Shown piece after piece: positions 1-10,151 of a stretch of 64,000 bases of DNA; position 1 is the stretch's first letter, and each line of letters opens with the position of its first letter. The notes below the pieces were generated by a model that worked only from the letters and a program-made list of their open reading frames with translations, made no database searches and had not been told where the DNA came from. The stretch comes from Histomonas meleagridis 2922-C6/04-290x. Taxonomy: Eukaryota > Protista > Parabasalia. The stretch spans positions 267,017 through 331,016 of the forward strand of contig JAANOX010000231.1 in the NCBI GenBank assembly GCA_020184695.1, given 5' to 3'. Made by a program: the position numbers and the translations under genes.

Positions 1-558
1 AAAATCCTCGTATTTTTGGAAATGAAATTTTTGATGATACATTTTTTAAAATAGATGCCTTTGGGTTAAATACCTTAAACGCAAGAGATAGATTTAAAAG
101 TTGGGTTAAAATATTTTTAGAATTGGAATCAAACATAAATAAGGAATCAGTGAATTGTTGTTTTTCATCATCAAAATTTGTATCAGGCCAGTTCCCAAGT
201 AGATGTGTTTGAACTTTAATGATATTAATTATGAAAAGAAAAAAGAAAATCATTTTTAGGAGGATTTTTGAGGACGTTAAAAAAAAATCTGTTTGTTTTT
301 AAATCTCAAATTTTTTCTTTTTTCTCCCAAATCCATAAATTTGTGATGCACAAAATGTAGTATAAAAAACAATATTTTGGCAAATAGGATCAATAATATA
401 GAGGGAATAATCTAATTTTCTTCGAAGACCGCATGATTTGACTAAGTCTGTTTTATAAAAAAATCACCATAAATAAAAATCAAAATATTATTTTGTCTAT
501 ATTTTATAATAAGTTCTAAAATAAATAATTTTTCAGATCATAAATAATTTAAATATAT

Positions 559-1185
559 AAAAAACAAGAAACAAACCGAAACATTACAGTCTATTGAACA
601 AATTATTTTTGGTCTAAATGAAGAAAATATTAATGAATCTATAGATTCTTTGATGAATATTTTTTCACAAGAATTTTTTTATTCATTTAAATTATCTGTT
701 TGCAGATTTTTATATTCATATTTTGTATCAAAAGATAATTATAAATTATGTTTTGTATTTTTAAAAATAGTTCAACAAAAATAGAAATTATCATTGATCC
801 AAACAATAAATCAGATATTGATATTTTTATAGATCTTCTTCTCATTTACAAAATAACTCAAGAATCAAGTTATCTTCTTGAGAAAATAGTTGAAAATGAT
901 TTGTACAGACAAACTCAGATTCAAATATTTACCATATTTTGTATATGTAAATGATGAAAATGATTTATGGTATTAAGGTTTTAAGGATTTCATATCAGAA
1001 CATTATGATGAAGTATCAAATAATAATTGGGAACTTCATAAAAAATTAATTAAAGAAGGGCTAATCCAAATGAAATTGCGAAAAGAATACGAAATGATGA
1101 TATCAAAAGACTTCAAGAATTATCATCACAAGAAAACTTTGATATAAATCAAGCAATTGAACCATCACTTTATGAAAGATGTTCA
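559..1185 (+). pseudogene. Degenerate ankyrin/DUF3447-family gene remnant (N-terminal part)
   Basis: Joining frames gives ...SIEQIIFGLNEENINES...QESSYLLEKIVE...SNNNWELHKKLIKEG/NPNEIAKRIRNDDIKRLQELSSQENFDINQAIEPSLYERC, with several frameshifts and stops. It is colinear with the remnant at 19003-20090. Confidence 0.7.
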
Positions 1186-1477
1186 TCATTTTCGTCGTCA
1201 TCATTTTTCATTTTTTGATGTTTTTTCGGCACTTCTTTCAATACGCATTAAGTAATACAGTTGCAACTCACAATTAGTCAGCCTAAACTGGTTAGTTTAT
1301 CAAATAACATGTTATTGTGGAAACCTTATTCAGTTCTGAATCTCCTTATTCTCTATTATTAAATGACACTGAGTTTTAACGTTTTTTTATTCGGTTTTTC
1401 TTTTGCAGCAATTTTTTGTCAATTTTGAATATGGTATAACGTACTCTTATTGGAATAAGAAAAAAAAAAAACAACAA

Positions 1478-3046
1478 ATGTATTGGGGAAAAGCACAACC
1501 ATCATATACCGAACTTCTGAACTTAGTACAAACTAATCCACCAGATTATGAAGCTATTCTCGAAGATTCAGATTTGATTCCATTATTTAGTTCAGGAAAT
1601 AAAATTTTTACTTCATTCTTGCAAAACGAAACCAATGCTCGGTATATCCTTCAGCAGCTATTTTCAAATGAAAACGTCAAGATATCACAAAAAATCATGC
1701 AAATGTCAACTTCTTATTCATCACCTTTGTTAAACTACCTAATTACACACCATTCATTCTCAGAGTCATTTATCCAAAATATTGAATGTGGTGATGATGT
1801 TCGTATTGGATATTTATCTCGAATATATTCATATGCGTTTGATCTTCGTCTTGATGGAATAATAAGCTTATTCTCAAACTCTGTTCCAATTATTGTAAGT
1901 CTCCTCAAATGCATTCATACATCTTCAATTTTTAGTCTCATTGAATCTTACAATAATTCCATAAAACCTAATATGAAATGGCTCCCATTTGTTTGTCTTA
2001 AACTTATTTCCCCACCAGGCTCAAATATTCCTATACCATCTTATCTTAGCAGTTATTCCAATAAAATCGATTCAGTTTTCGATCAACTTTCCGAATACAA
2101 TTTCACAAATTCACATTATTCTAAAATGGCGCTTCTTATTCTTCATACACTTAACACAGGTAAAGAACCAAATTTCCTCAATTCTCTCAACGATGTTTTA
2201 AATGGAATTTATACACAACATAACGGCATAAAAGTTCGAAATATAATAATTGAACTCGCAACACTTATTCCAAGTGCACCTGGAATGAAAGAAATTGCTA
2301 TTGATCTTGTCAAAAAACCTGTTCCTTATGATGAAGATTCTGTACTTTCTTTAAAGCTTTTGAGTAAAATAGCTGATAAGTCATTAGAGAACATCGTTCC
2401 AGATATAATTGATAGATTCATAAATGATAAAAATAATACATTCCATGCAAAAGCTTTTTGTGACTTCGTTAGATCTGCTGTTGATGTACCAGAGTTATTG
2501 GATATTTTGGAGGAAAAATTTTTGCCAATTGCAATGGAAGTTGGAAGAAAAGAAAAATGGCGAGAAAATGCTGCATGTGTAGCATATTTCCTTGAAACAT
2601 CATCGTTAATCGGTCAACATTTAGCTAACCCAAGTGATGAATGGAATGAGTTCAACGAAACATCGCTGAAGGAATGGGGCACCCGAAACGAGGGACTTTT
2701 ACGGGGCAACCTGAAGTTTGAAAGCAATTATCTCGAATATGAAGAAGAAGAGGAAGATGATTATGAGTATGATGACATATTCTTTGAAAATGATGATGAT
2801 TGTTTTGTTGTTGTTGGAAATAATACTGAGGAAATTAATGAAGATTCAGAAGAACAAGAAAACAATGAAACAACAACAAACATTCAAAACACATCTTGCG
2901 ATGAAACAGAGCCATACGTAAAATACCTTAAACAACTAATTAACACAGGAAAATTTCAAAGCGCTCCTTTGGAATGCATCAAAAAATTCAAACAACCGTT
3001 TTGTCTATCGGCGGAGGACGTTATCCTTTTCAGTAAATCGAAATAA
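1478..3046 (+). CDS. SIT4/PP6 phosphatase-associated (SAPS-like) helical protein
   Basis: ORF 1403..3046 begins at TTG; the first ATG is 1478 (MYWG...). Helical repeat body and acidic C-terminal tract resemble the SAPS family. Confidence 0.55.
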   Translation: MYWGKAQPSYTELLNLVQTNPPDYEAILEDSDLIPLFSSGNKIFTSFLQNETNARYILQQLFSNENVKISQKIMQMSTSYSSPLLNYLITHHSFSESFIQNIECGDDVRIGYLSRIYSYAFDLRLDGIISLFSNSVPIIVSLLKCIHTSSIFSLIESYNNSIKPNMKWLPFVCLKLISPPGSNIPIPSYLSSYSNKIDSVFDQLSEYNFTNSHYSKMALLILHTLNTGKEPNFLNSLNDVLNGIYTQHNGIKVRNIIIELATLIPSAPGMKEIAIDLVKKPVPYDEDSVLSLKLLSKIADKSLENIVPDIIDRFINDKNNTFHAKAFCDFVRSAVDVPELLDILEEKFLPIAMEVGRKEKWRENAACVAYFLETSSLIGQHLANPSDEWNEFNETSLKEWGTRNEGLLRGNLKFESNYLEYEEEEEDDYEYDDIFFENDDDCFVVVGNNTEEINEDSEEQENNETTTNIQNTSCDETEPYVKYLKQLINTGKFQSAPLECIKKFKQPFCLSAEDVILFSKSK

Positions 3047-3086
3047 ACAAAAGAAAATATGTCATTTTGATAAAAGTTTTTCGGGT

Positions 3087-3890
3087 TTACTCCAAGTTGA
3101 TGTTAACCTTTGTAACTTTGAATTCATTATCCTTTGCAAGGATATCGCTATATTGCACAAATGGATGTGCTTCAGGTTCCTTCTGTTCCCATTGATCTGG
3201 GGTTAAGAAGGAATAGGTGGCTTCGATGGCTTTGTATGTGGCAACAAGGAAGTTAGCTGATGTCTTAGTATTACCAATTGATGATGTGAAAAGATCTTCG
3301 AAGCCAGCCATGGCTAAAAGTTTCTTGGCAACTGAACCTGCAACAATGCCTGATCCACGTGGTGCTGGAATAAGTCTAACGCGAACTGATCCGCATTTTC
3401 CTGTTACTGTATTTGGAACAGTATGTGGTTGGCCAATCTTGTTACCCCAGTAACCACGACGAACTGGAAGAATTGAAAGCTTTGCATAGATCAAAGCACC
3501 TTTAATGGCATTTGCAACTTCAGCAGAAGTCTTAATACCAAGACCAACATGTCCGTCATAGTCACCAACAGCAACAACAGCCTTAAAACGAGTACGTTGA
3601 CCTGCACGTGTTTGTTTCTGAACTGGCATAATCTTCATGACTTCATCCTTTAAGTTATCACCTAAGAGTGCATCAATAATTTCTGGTTCTTTAATTGGCA
3701 TAGCATGAAGATAGATTTGTTCGATAGATGTGATACGGCCAGAAGCAACTAAACGACCTAACTTGGTCTTTGGTTGCCATTTATCTTTTCCACCTCTGTT
3801 TTGAGCATTGCGTTGCGGGCGCTCGCGCTGTTGGCGGCCACGCATTCCGCCACGGCGTTGTTCGCCTTGCTGCTTTGGAGCTTCAGACAT
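3087..3890 (-). CDS. RPS2: 40S ribosomal protein S2 (uS5)
   Basis: [61 protein letters not shown]; RG-rich N-terminus. Confidence 0.98.
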   Translation of the reverse strand: MSEAPKQQGEQRRGGMRGRQQRERPQRNAQNRGGKDKWQPKTKLGRLVASGRITSIEQIYLHAMPIKEPEIIDALLGDNLKDEVMKIMPVQKQTRAGQRTRFKAVVAVGDYDGHVGLGIKTSAEVANAIKGALIYAKLSILPVRRGYWGNKIGQPHTVPNTVTGKCGSVRVRLIPAPRGSGIVAGSVAKKLLAMAGFEDLFTSSIGNTKTSANFLVATYKAIEATYSFLTPDQWEQKEPEAHPFVQYSDILAKDNEFKVTKVNINLE

Positions 3891-3909
3891 TGAACAAAAG
3901 GAAGACCAT

Positions 3910-3925
3910 AACCGTTATAACGGTT
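3910..3925. promoter_or_regulatory. Perfect 16-bp palindrome AACCGTTATAACGGTT (two inverted Myb/M3-type boxes)
   Basis: Seen directly, 20 nt upstream of the RPS2 ATG in the RPS2/pdxK divergent intergenic region. AACGGTT fits the Trichomonas M3 core promoter consensus. Confidence 0.65.
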
Positions 3926-3988
3926 TTATCCTATCGTTCATAACGGCCGACCTTAGCTCATTTTTTAAACGTGCTTTTGTACAATTTT

Positions 3989-4020
3989 GGGGTGCCTCGT
4001 TTCAGGGGGCCCTTAGTCCA
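3989..4020 (+). repeat. Two 16-bp GC-box units (ggggtgcctcgtttca / gggggcccttagtcca)
   Basis: G-tracts start at 3989 and 4005, 16 bp apart. The units resemble those of the array at 10864-10921. Confidence 0.6.
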
Positions 4021-4076
4021 GACGATAAAAATTCACCTCACGGGGCCGCTTATGAACATTGGTCAAGTAAAATTTT

Positions 4077-4979
4077 ATGAATAAAAACATTCCTTGCGTG
4101 CTTTCAATTCAAAGCCATATGGTACACGGTCGAAGTGGAAATCGAGCTGCTGTATTCCCACTTGAAGTTAATGGAATTTTTGTCGATCCATTAAATACAT
4201 GTCATTTTTCAGCACATTCAGCATATCCACGTTTCAATGGACAAGTCCTTTCAACAAGGCAATTAGATGACACAATAGATGGACTTATAGCTAATAACAT
4301 TTTTCAAAATTATACTCATCTTTTAACAGGCTATTTAGCAGATGCTTCTATTGCTCATCAAGTTTATACAATTCACAAAATGATGAATAATGTTACATAT
4401 ATTTGTGATCCTGTTCTTGGTGATAATGGTCATTTCTATAGTGGCCGTAATTTTCAAACACAATTAGATGTTATGAAAAAAGAACTTATACCAGTGGCAG
4501 ATACTGTCACACCTAATTCATATGAAGCTATGTGGCTTACCGGATATGAGTCAATGAATAATCCACACGAATTAGTTGAAGTTGTTTCATCCCTTCACAA
4601 CTTAGGCCCTCGTAATATTATTATAACAAGCACAGAATGGAGCCGTAGATTCACATATTTCTCATGGAATAAGGGTGAATATCAAATTGCTGTTGAAACC
4701 CCTTCATTTTCACGTAGCTTTGATGGGCCTGGCGATGTTTTCACAGCTTTGCTTCTTGCAAATATGATCAATTTTAATGATCAATATGAAACAATTTCTA
4801 TTCGGACTGTTAATTCAATATACTCAGTTCTTGAGAAAACCGAAGAATTACATGAAAGAGAACTTGCTATTTATGGATCAGTGAACGTGATGCGTGATCC
4901 TGTTCTGAGGTTTGGTTGTATTTCTTATGAAGAATTTGTGAATCTCCAAGCCGAAGCAAATGATTCATCACAAGTATAG
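4077..4979 (+). CDS. PDXK: Pyridoxal kinase
   Basis: VLSIQSHMVHGRSGNRAAVFPL, LLTGYL, YICDPVLGDNG, TPNSYEA, FDGPGDVF (ribokinase-fold PdxK motifs). Confidence 0.93.
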   Translation: MNKNIPCVLSIQSHMVHGRSGNRAAVFPLEVNGIFVDPLNTCHFSAHSAYPRFNGQVLSTRQLDDTIDGLIANNIFQNYTHLLTGYLADASIAHQVYTIHKMMNNVTYICDPVLGDNGHFYSGRNFQTQLDVMKKELIPVADTVTPNSYEAMWLTGYESMNNPHELVEVVSSLHNLGPRNIIITSTEWSRRFTYFSWNKGEYQIAVETPSFSRSFDGPGDVFTALLLANMINFNDQYETISIRTVNSIYSVLEKTEELHERELAIYGSVNVMRDPVLRFGCISYEEFVNLQAEANDSSQV

Positions 4980-5186
4980 TCATTTTGTCTATTTAATTGT
5001 TATATAAACCTAGAATTAAATCATTGTTGGGTAATTTTTTTTAAACGGTCTGTGTATTGTTTTAAATGGTTTACTTGACAAATGAAATCGATACCCTTTT
5101 GATTTTTTCAATTGACTGATTATTCCAAACCTTTGAAAATTAACTTTTTGAATTCAAATATTCTGGTGACCGTTTAAGTTAATGGA

Positions 5187-6500
5187 ATGTACATTCCACC
5201 ATCCCATGTAAACCTAAGCTCAGAATTCGTAGACTTAATTCCACCTGACTCGAAAGAAGGGGGATCTGTTATTGGTTCAATGGGAAGAAATATTAACATA
5301 CTACAAAAATACTTTGATCAAATTTGTTACCATGTTGACACGAAAAAAAAATTAACATATAAACTTCCAATAAAAGACCCAAATGGAAATGTTGAAAATG
5401 CAAAATTATATTTAAAGCATCTTCAGAATAAATTTCAGAAATTTAAAGGAAGCTTTTTTTCATATTACTCTGTTATAGTCTCTCAAATAGTTACATTTAT
5501 GATGCAATGCCAAGAAAGTAATCTTCCAGCCAAGTGTCATATAAAAAGTCTTAAAAGATATGTTCAAAAAGAATATACCAAAAATAAAACACAAATTAAA
5601 CTCCGTTCCAAGATCGCAAAGATCGAAGACTATATTAAACAAAACGAAACCATCTATCCTGAATATGATTTTCAATTATTACAAATTCAACTAGCCAAAA
5701 GTATTCATTTCATTGATCAAAAGACGCTTTACTCTCCTGAATCGGAAGTTGATGTTCTTATTAACCAATATATATATCCACGTATTGAAGATATTGATGA
5801 GATACTTCATGATATTCTTAAATCACAAAAACCCAAACTATTAAACTTCACGAAACTTGAAATCTTCATTAAAGAAGTCATTAATGAGTTACAACCAAAG
5901 AATGAAGAAGAATATTATATCATACGTAATTCCTTATTACGAATTTGTTTTTCACAACTTCATATTATATCGCCGAATTTACTTTTTGATCTTGACCCTA
6001 TCTCGTTTTCTAACAGTTGTAACACTGTCATCAAATCAACTCCAAAAGATTTGTGTCTGAATGAACGATTATTTTCGATTGAAATGCTTGACAAAACGAT
6101 CATCGAACTAACCGAAACTAATTCACACCTGAAGGAAGCGACTGAAAACTTAAAATTGTTAAATTTTTATGTTAATCCCCCGGATATCCTTAATTGTGTT
6201 TTTAGTAGTTTAAAATGTTGTGAGATGTTTGTTCATGATAATACATATGATGAGAAAAAGAAGAAATCGAAAGTTCAATCGGAAATGTCGTTTGACGATT
6301 TCTTCCCTTTGTTCTTGGCAATCTTCGCGGTGAACCCGCCGCCAAACTCACTAAGAATCGGATGGTTCTTCACGGCGATGTACGGAATCGACATGGCAAT
6401 ACCGTTCTCATTCGCAAAGCTGATTCTGACATCGGCTATCAACACATTAAAAGATTTCTCACTTGAAAGGTTTAGAATGGTATCAAGTGATTCGTTTTAA
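5187..6500 (+). CDS. VPS9-domain protein (Rab5-family GEF-like)
   Basis: C-terminal ...PPDILNCVFSSLK...MSFDDFFPLFLAIFAVNPP matches the VPS9 DD-P signature. Confidence 0.65.
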   Translation: MYIPPSHVNLSSEFVDLIPPDSKEGGSVIGSMGRNINILQKYFDQICYHVDTKKKLTYKLPIKDPNGNVENAKLYLKHLQNKFQKFKGSFFSYYSVIVSQIVTFMMQCQESNLPAKCHIKSLKRYVQKEYTKNKTQIKLRSKIAKIEDYIKQNETIYPEYDFQLLQIQLAKSIHFIDQKTLYSPESEVDVLINQYIYPRIEDIDEILHDILKSQKPKLLNFTKLEIFIKEVINELQPKNEEEYYIIRNSLLRICFSQLHIISPNLLFDLDPISFSNSCNTVIKSTPKDLCLNERLFSIEMLDKTIIELTETNSHLKEATENLKLLNFYVNPPDILNCVFSSLKCCEMFVHDNTYDEKKKKSKVQSEMSFDDFFPLFLAIFAVNPPPNSLRIGWFFTAMYGIDMAIPFSFAKLILTSAINTLKDFSLERFRMVSSDSF

Positions 6501-6741
6501 ATAAAAGAAATATTATTATGGATTTTTGACTTGTTTATTTTTGGTTTTATGAAATAGTAATTTTAATAGAAAATAAAATGAAAATGGTTTCAATTGTTAT
6601 ATAAGTTTTTATTGTTGTGTATTATTTGAACTTATGTTAAACTTTCAATTTTACCTCATGTAATGGAGTTTACTCTTTTAATACATTTAATTATCTAATA
6701 TTGTCATTTCAAAATGTTCCATAGATAAACTTTGAAACATA

Positions 6742-6839
6742 TAAAGTGGTTTCCCAAACACTTCAGTTTTTGAATATAAATCCGATGATTTTTCATTCAT
6801 TCGATTCTATCGTTGGGAAACCTTTCTGCAACCACTTTA
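6742..6839 (-). mobile_element. MITE-like element, copy 1 (TIR taaagtggtt...aaccacttta)
   Basis: Perfect 10-bp terminal inverted repeat, part of a longer ~27-bp imperfect TIR. A 38-nt core (6756-6793) is identical in reverse complement to 62942-62979. Confidence 0.7.
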
Positions 6840-7125
6840 CAATGCTTCGATCATTGATATTTTATTACTATTCTTGCAAGACGTAAGCGAATATTTTAAA
6901 AAATTATAACATATTTGTGATATACAATTACATTTTAATGAATTTTACTATTTTATATTTCATTAATTATCAAAAAGTATTAAAATTCTTGGAAATAATA
7001 TAAAATACACAATAACTCATACAATTACGCAAACTCAACAAAAAATAAGAAAATGAAAAATATTATGAACCTAATACCCAAAGAAAATATAAAATAAAAT
7101 AATCTCGAATTTAAGTGAACATTCA

Positions 7126-9054
7126 TTAGTTATCTTCGAAATCATCATCAAAAGGATCATCTTTTGTTGCATTATAAAGTGGGTTCTCGTAAATTATAGT
7201 GGCATCCTTTTCAATGCTACCATTCAGTGCTTCTCCTATAGCTGAAGCGCCAGCAGAAGAACCGAATTTCTTGAAAATAGCAACAGCAGCAGCCACAATT
7301 GCAGCAACCCCAGCAGCAGAACCGGCAATTATATAATATTTAAGATTGCTATTTTCTTCGCCATTACCTCTTCCTTGTCCTTCATCCTGAGGTGGAATTC
7401 CATTAATAAATGAAGCAGAAGGTGATTGTGAAGCAGAAATTGATTTTGACGGAGATGCTGATGCTGATATTGAACGTGACGCAGAAATACTTTCGGAAGG
7501 TGAACGAGAAGGCGAAGGAGATTGAGAAGGTGTTGGATCAGGAATTGGAATTAATACTTTTTGCATCGTGCCAACATTACCAGCACCATCAACAGCTGCA
7601 ACATATACACGCATACCATTTGTTATTTGTTCTGATGTAAGTGGAATGAAATTATCTTTTGTGGTATTAACTAATTCACTTAATCGTACTTCAGGTTTTG
7701 AAGTAATTATATATTTATAATGATCAATTCCAGTAGTAACTTCTGTTTCAACTACTGGAGATTCAGCATAGAGTTTATCATTTGATCTTTCATGTGCTTC
7801 GACTTTAAATTTGTATGATGATCCATGATCCTCACCAAGAATATCAACTCCATAAGCATCAGGTAAATAATTAAGTCTAACTTTAGGTGCTTCATAATCT
7901 TGTGATGAATGGTCTTCAGTAAATGTTTCATAGGTTCTTTGATTTAAATAATAAATTGTATTTGCAATGACTTTCCTTTCATCAACTGTTGAATCACAAT
8001 TACTATGACCTGTTTGAATTACAGCCGTGTTGTTCTTTGTTGATAAGTAAAAGTTATGTTGGAGTCCATTTGTATCCTTCTTTGTAGGATTAAAATCATT
8101 ATTTGTATCACCTAATGTCATCCATACATCACCAAGTGTTGCATGAGAATTTGTATGTGTAGTTGGAATGGATAAAACTGTACCAACATCTCCAATTTCA
8201 TATGGATAATTAGTTAATAAACCTTTACGAACAATCGTAACTTTGTCTTTTTGGATAAAGTTATAAGTCATTGATTTGCCTTCATATGTTTGATCTGTGT
8301 ATAAAGATTTAATGCCGAATGAATCTCGAATTTTAAGTAAGCTTGTTGCTTGATTACCAACATAAAAATCATGCGCAATTGAATCATGTCCAGCCAAGAA
8401 ACCGTAACCTTTATCAATGTATGGTTTTATATGTTTTTCAGCAGTGGTTGTCTTAATTCCATAATGAGAACTAGCATCCCAAGTTCCGAAAACAATTACT
8501 TGATAATCATAAATGAATGAACTATTTGCTGTTATGTTAGATTCAAAATCATTAATTGAGATTGGTGTAACAAAAATTAATTGTTTTCCAATTTGGTCGA
8601 TACCAAAAGCTGTGAAATTGGTTACTTTGGTTCCTTCTCGAATTTTTCCACCTTCCATCCAAACTTTTAAGGCTGCTGACTTAGATAACCGATGCCAAGG
8701 TTTATTATCATCTTCACCTGCAAATTTAAATTCGACTACTTTAGTTTGATAATTAAGATTATTATATTTAGATCTTTGACCATTGTTTCCATCTATTTGA
8801 CTTGGATATATATTTAAAACATCAACACGTGTGCCAGCTTTATATGTACTTATTTGTTTCCAAGATGCATCCCATTCCCCATTAGTATTTTTAGTTTTTT
8901 GGAAAACCTTATAATAAATGTCTTGACCAGTAATTGATGACCAACTTAAATATGTACCACCTTTTCCTGATGCATATGAAGCATTTACAGTGACTTCCAA
9001 GTCTATCTTTACTGCATTATTAGCAATGCCTTGTACAAGTAAAAGAGAAAGCAT
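7126..9054 (-). CDS. Type I membrane surface protein with a bacterial-like (DUF5057/GATase-like) ectodomain
   Basis: Signal peptide MLSLLLVQG; domain with YQVIVFGTWD...GYGFLAGHD...TNYPY...TAVIQTGHSN...DERKVIANTIYYL; P/S-rich stalk; Ala/Val TM helix; tail ENPLY...DDPFDDDF. Confidence 0.75.
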   Translation of the reverse strand: MLSLLLVQGIANNAVKIDLEVTVNASYASGKGGTYLSWSSITGQDIYYKVFQKTKNTNGEWDASWKQISTYKAGTRVDVLNIYPSQIDGNNGQRSKYNNLNYQTKVVEFKFAGEDDNKPWHRLSKSAALKVWMEGGKIREGTKVTNFTAFGIDQIGKQLIFVTPISINDFESNITANSSFIYDYQVIVFGTWDASSHYGIKTTTAEKHIKPYIDKGYGFLAGHDSIAHDFYVGNQATSLLKIRDSFGIKSLYTDQTYEGKSMTYNFIQKDKVTIVRKGLLTNYPYEIGDVGTVLSIPTTHTNSHATLGDVWMTLGDTNNDFNPTKKDTNGLQHNFYLSTKNNTAVIQTGHSNCDSTVDERKVIANTIYYLNQRTYETFTEDHSSQDYEAPKVRLNYLPDAYGVDILGEDHGSSYKFKVEAHERSNDKLYAESPVVETEVTTGIDHYKYIITSKPEVRLSELVNTTKDNFIPLTSEQITNGMRVYVAAVDGAGNVGTMQKVLIPIPDPTPSQSPSPSRSPSESISASRSISASASPSKSISASQSPSASFINGIPPQDEGQGRGNGEENSNLKYYIIAGSAAGVAAIVAAAVAIFKKFGSSAGASAIGEALNGSIEKDATIIYENPLYNATKDDPFDDDFEDN

Positions 9055-10151
9055 AAAATATTAATGAAGCTATCAGTTGACTTACCAGCGACTTTTCATA
9101 ATTGCAGAAAAAGCCGTATCGGTTATTCAATTTTTGAAAGATCCAAAAACCTGTTGTAAAACATGCCAACACAAATAATCAAATATGATTTGTATAACAT
9201 ATGATGAATTTTTTAAACTATAAACCATATAATATTAATCACTTATATATATTTCAAGTAAATATAAATCACAATGATTAAATAATCTGAATATAGCAAT
9301 ATAAATCTATTTTGGAACAAAAAACTGGACGTTCAGAACGTCATAGCTACTTTTTCAAAAGAATATTTTTTTTTGAATGTTGGACAGACGATATGATGTT
9401 TGTAAACTAATCAATCAAAATTGACAACAAACTTAGTCAAAAACAAACGATAGAATCTAACTTAGTTTTTTCACTGTTGTTGTGTTTTCGAAACAAATTA
9501 AATTAAATTTATTAATATCTCAACATTGGTGTTAAAACAATTCCTGCCTGTTGAAAGTGTTTAGCAAAAAGCCTTTAACATTGGGATTAAAGGAATTCGT
9601 TACATGAGATGAAAATTTTATTTACTAACATAGATAAGATATTCACATCATAAAGCAAAAAACATGCATGTTTCAAACGTGAATATGCACTTTACTGCAA
9701 GTAATAGAATAAATCACACAAATCATTTTCTGATGTACATGTTACAATTTAATAAACAACACTCAAACATACTACTTCATCAAAAATGACTTTTTATCAA
9801 ATGATTATCATGCATCATTTCGAATGTTATTTGATCAAACATAAATCTATGTTTCTATTCATCAATAAATTTCAAAAAATAATTTTCCAATTAAAATAAT
9901 TTGCAAATTATATATTCTTTTCCGGCAAAAAATCACCACAAATACTTAATATAATTAACAAATTAGATTTCTTTCCCAAACGATATGTAACACTTTCAAA
10001 AATATTATTTTGATGTGCATAAGTTAAGGCCATTTATCCATTCATATTTGAATTTGTACACTTATCGTTTTATTTGAGATTCTGGGGAAAATGGGGGTGC
10101 CCCGAACTCAAATTAACCTACCGTTTTCGTCACTTTTTTCAAGGACAAGAA

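Noticed and set aside
5182-5211. Short upstream ORF overlapping the VPS9 start (ATG 5182, MECTFHHPM*)
   Set aside because: Single chance-level uORF; the TSS is unknown, so its relevance cannot be supported.
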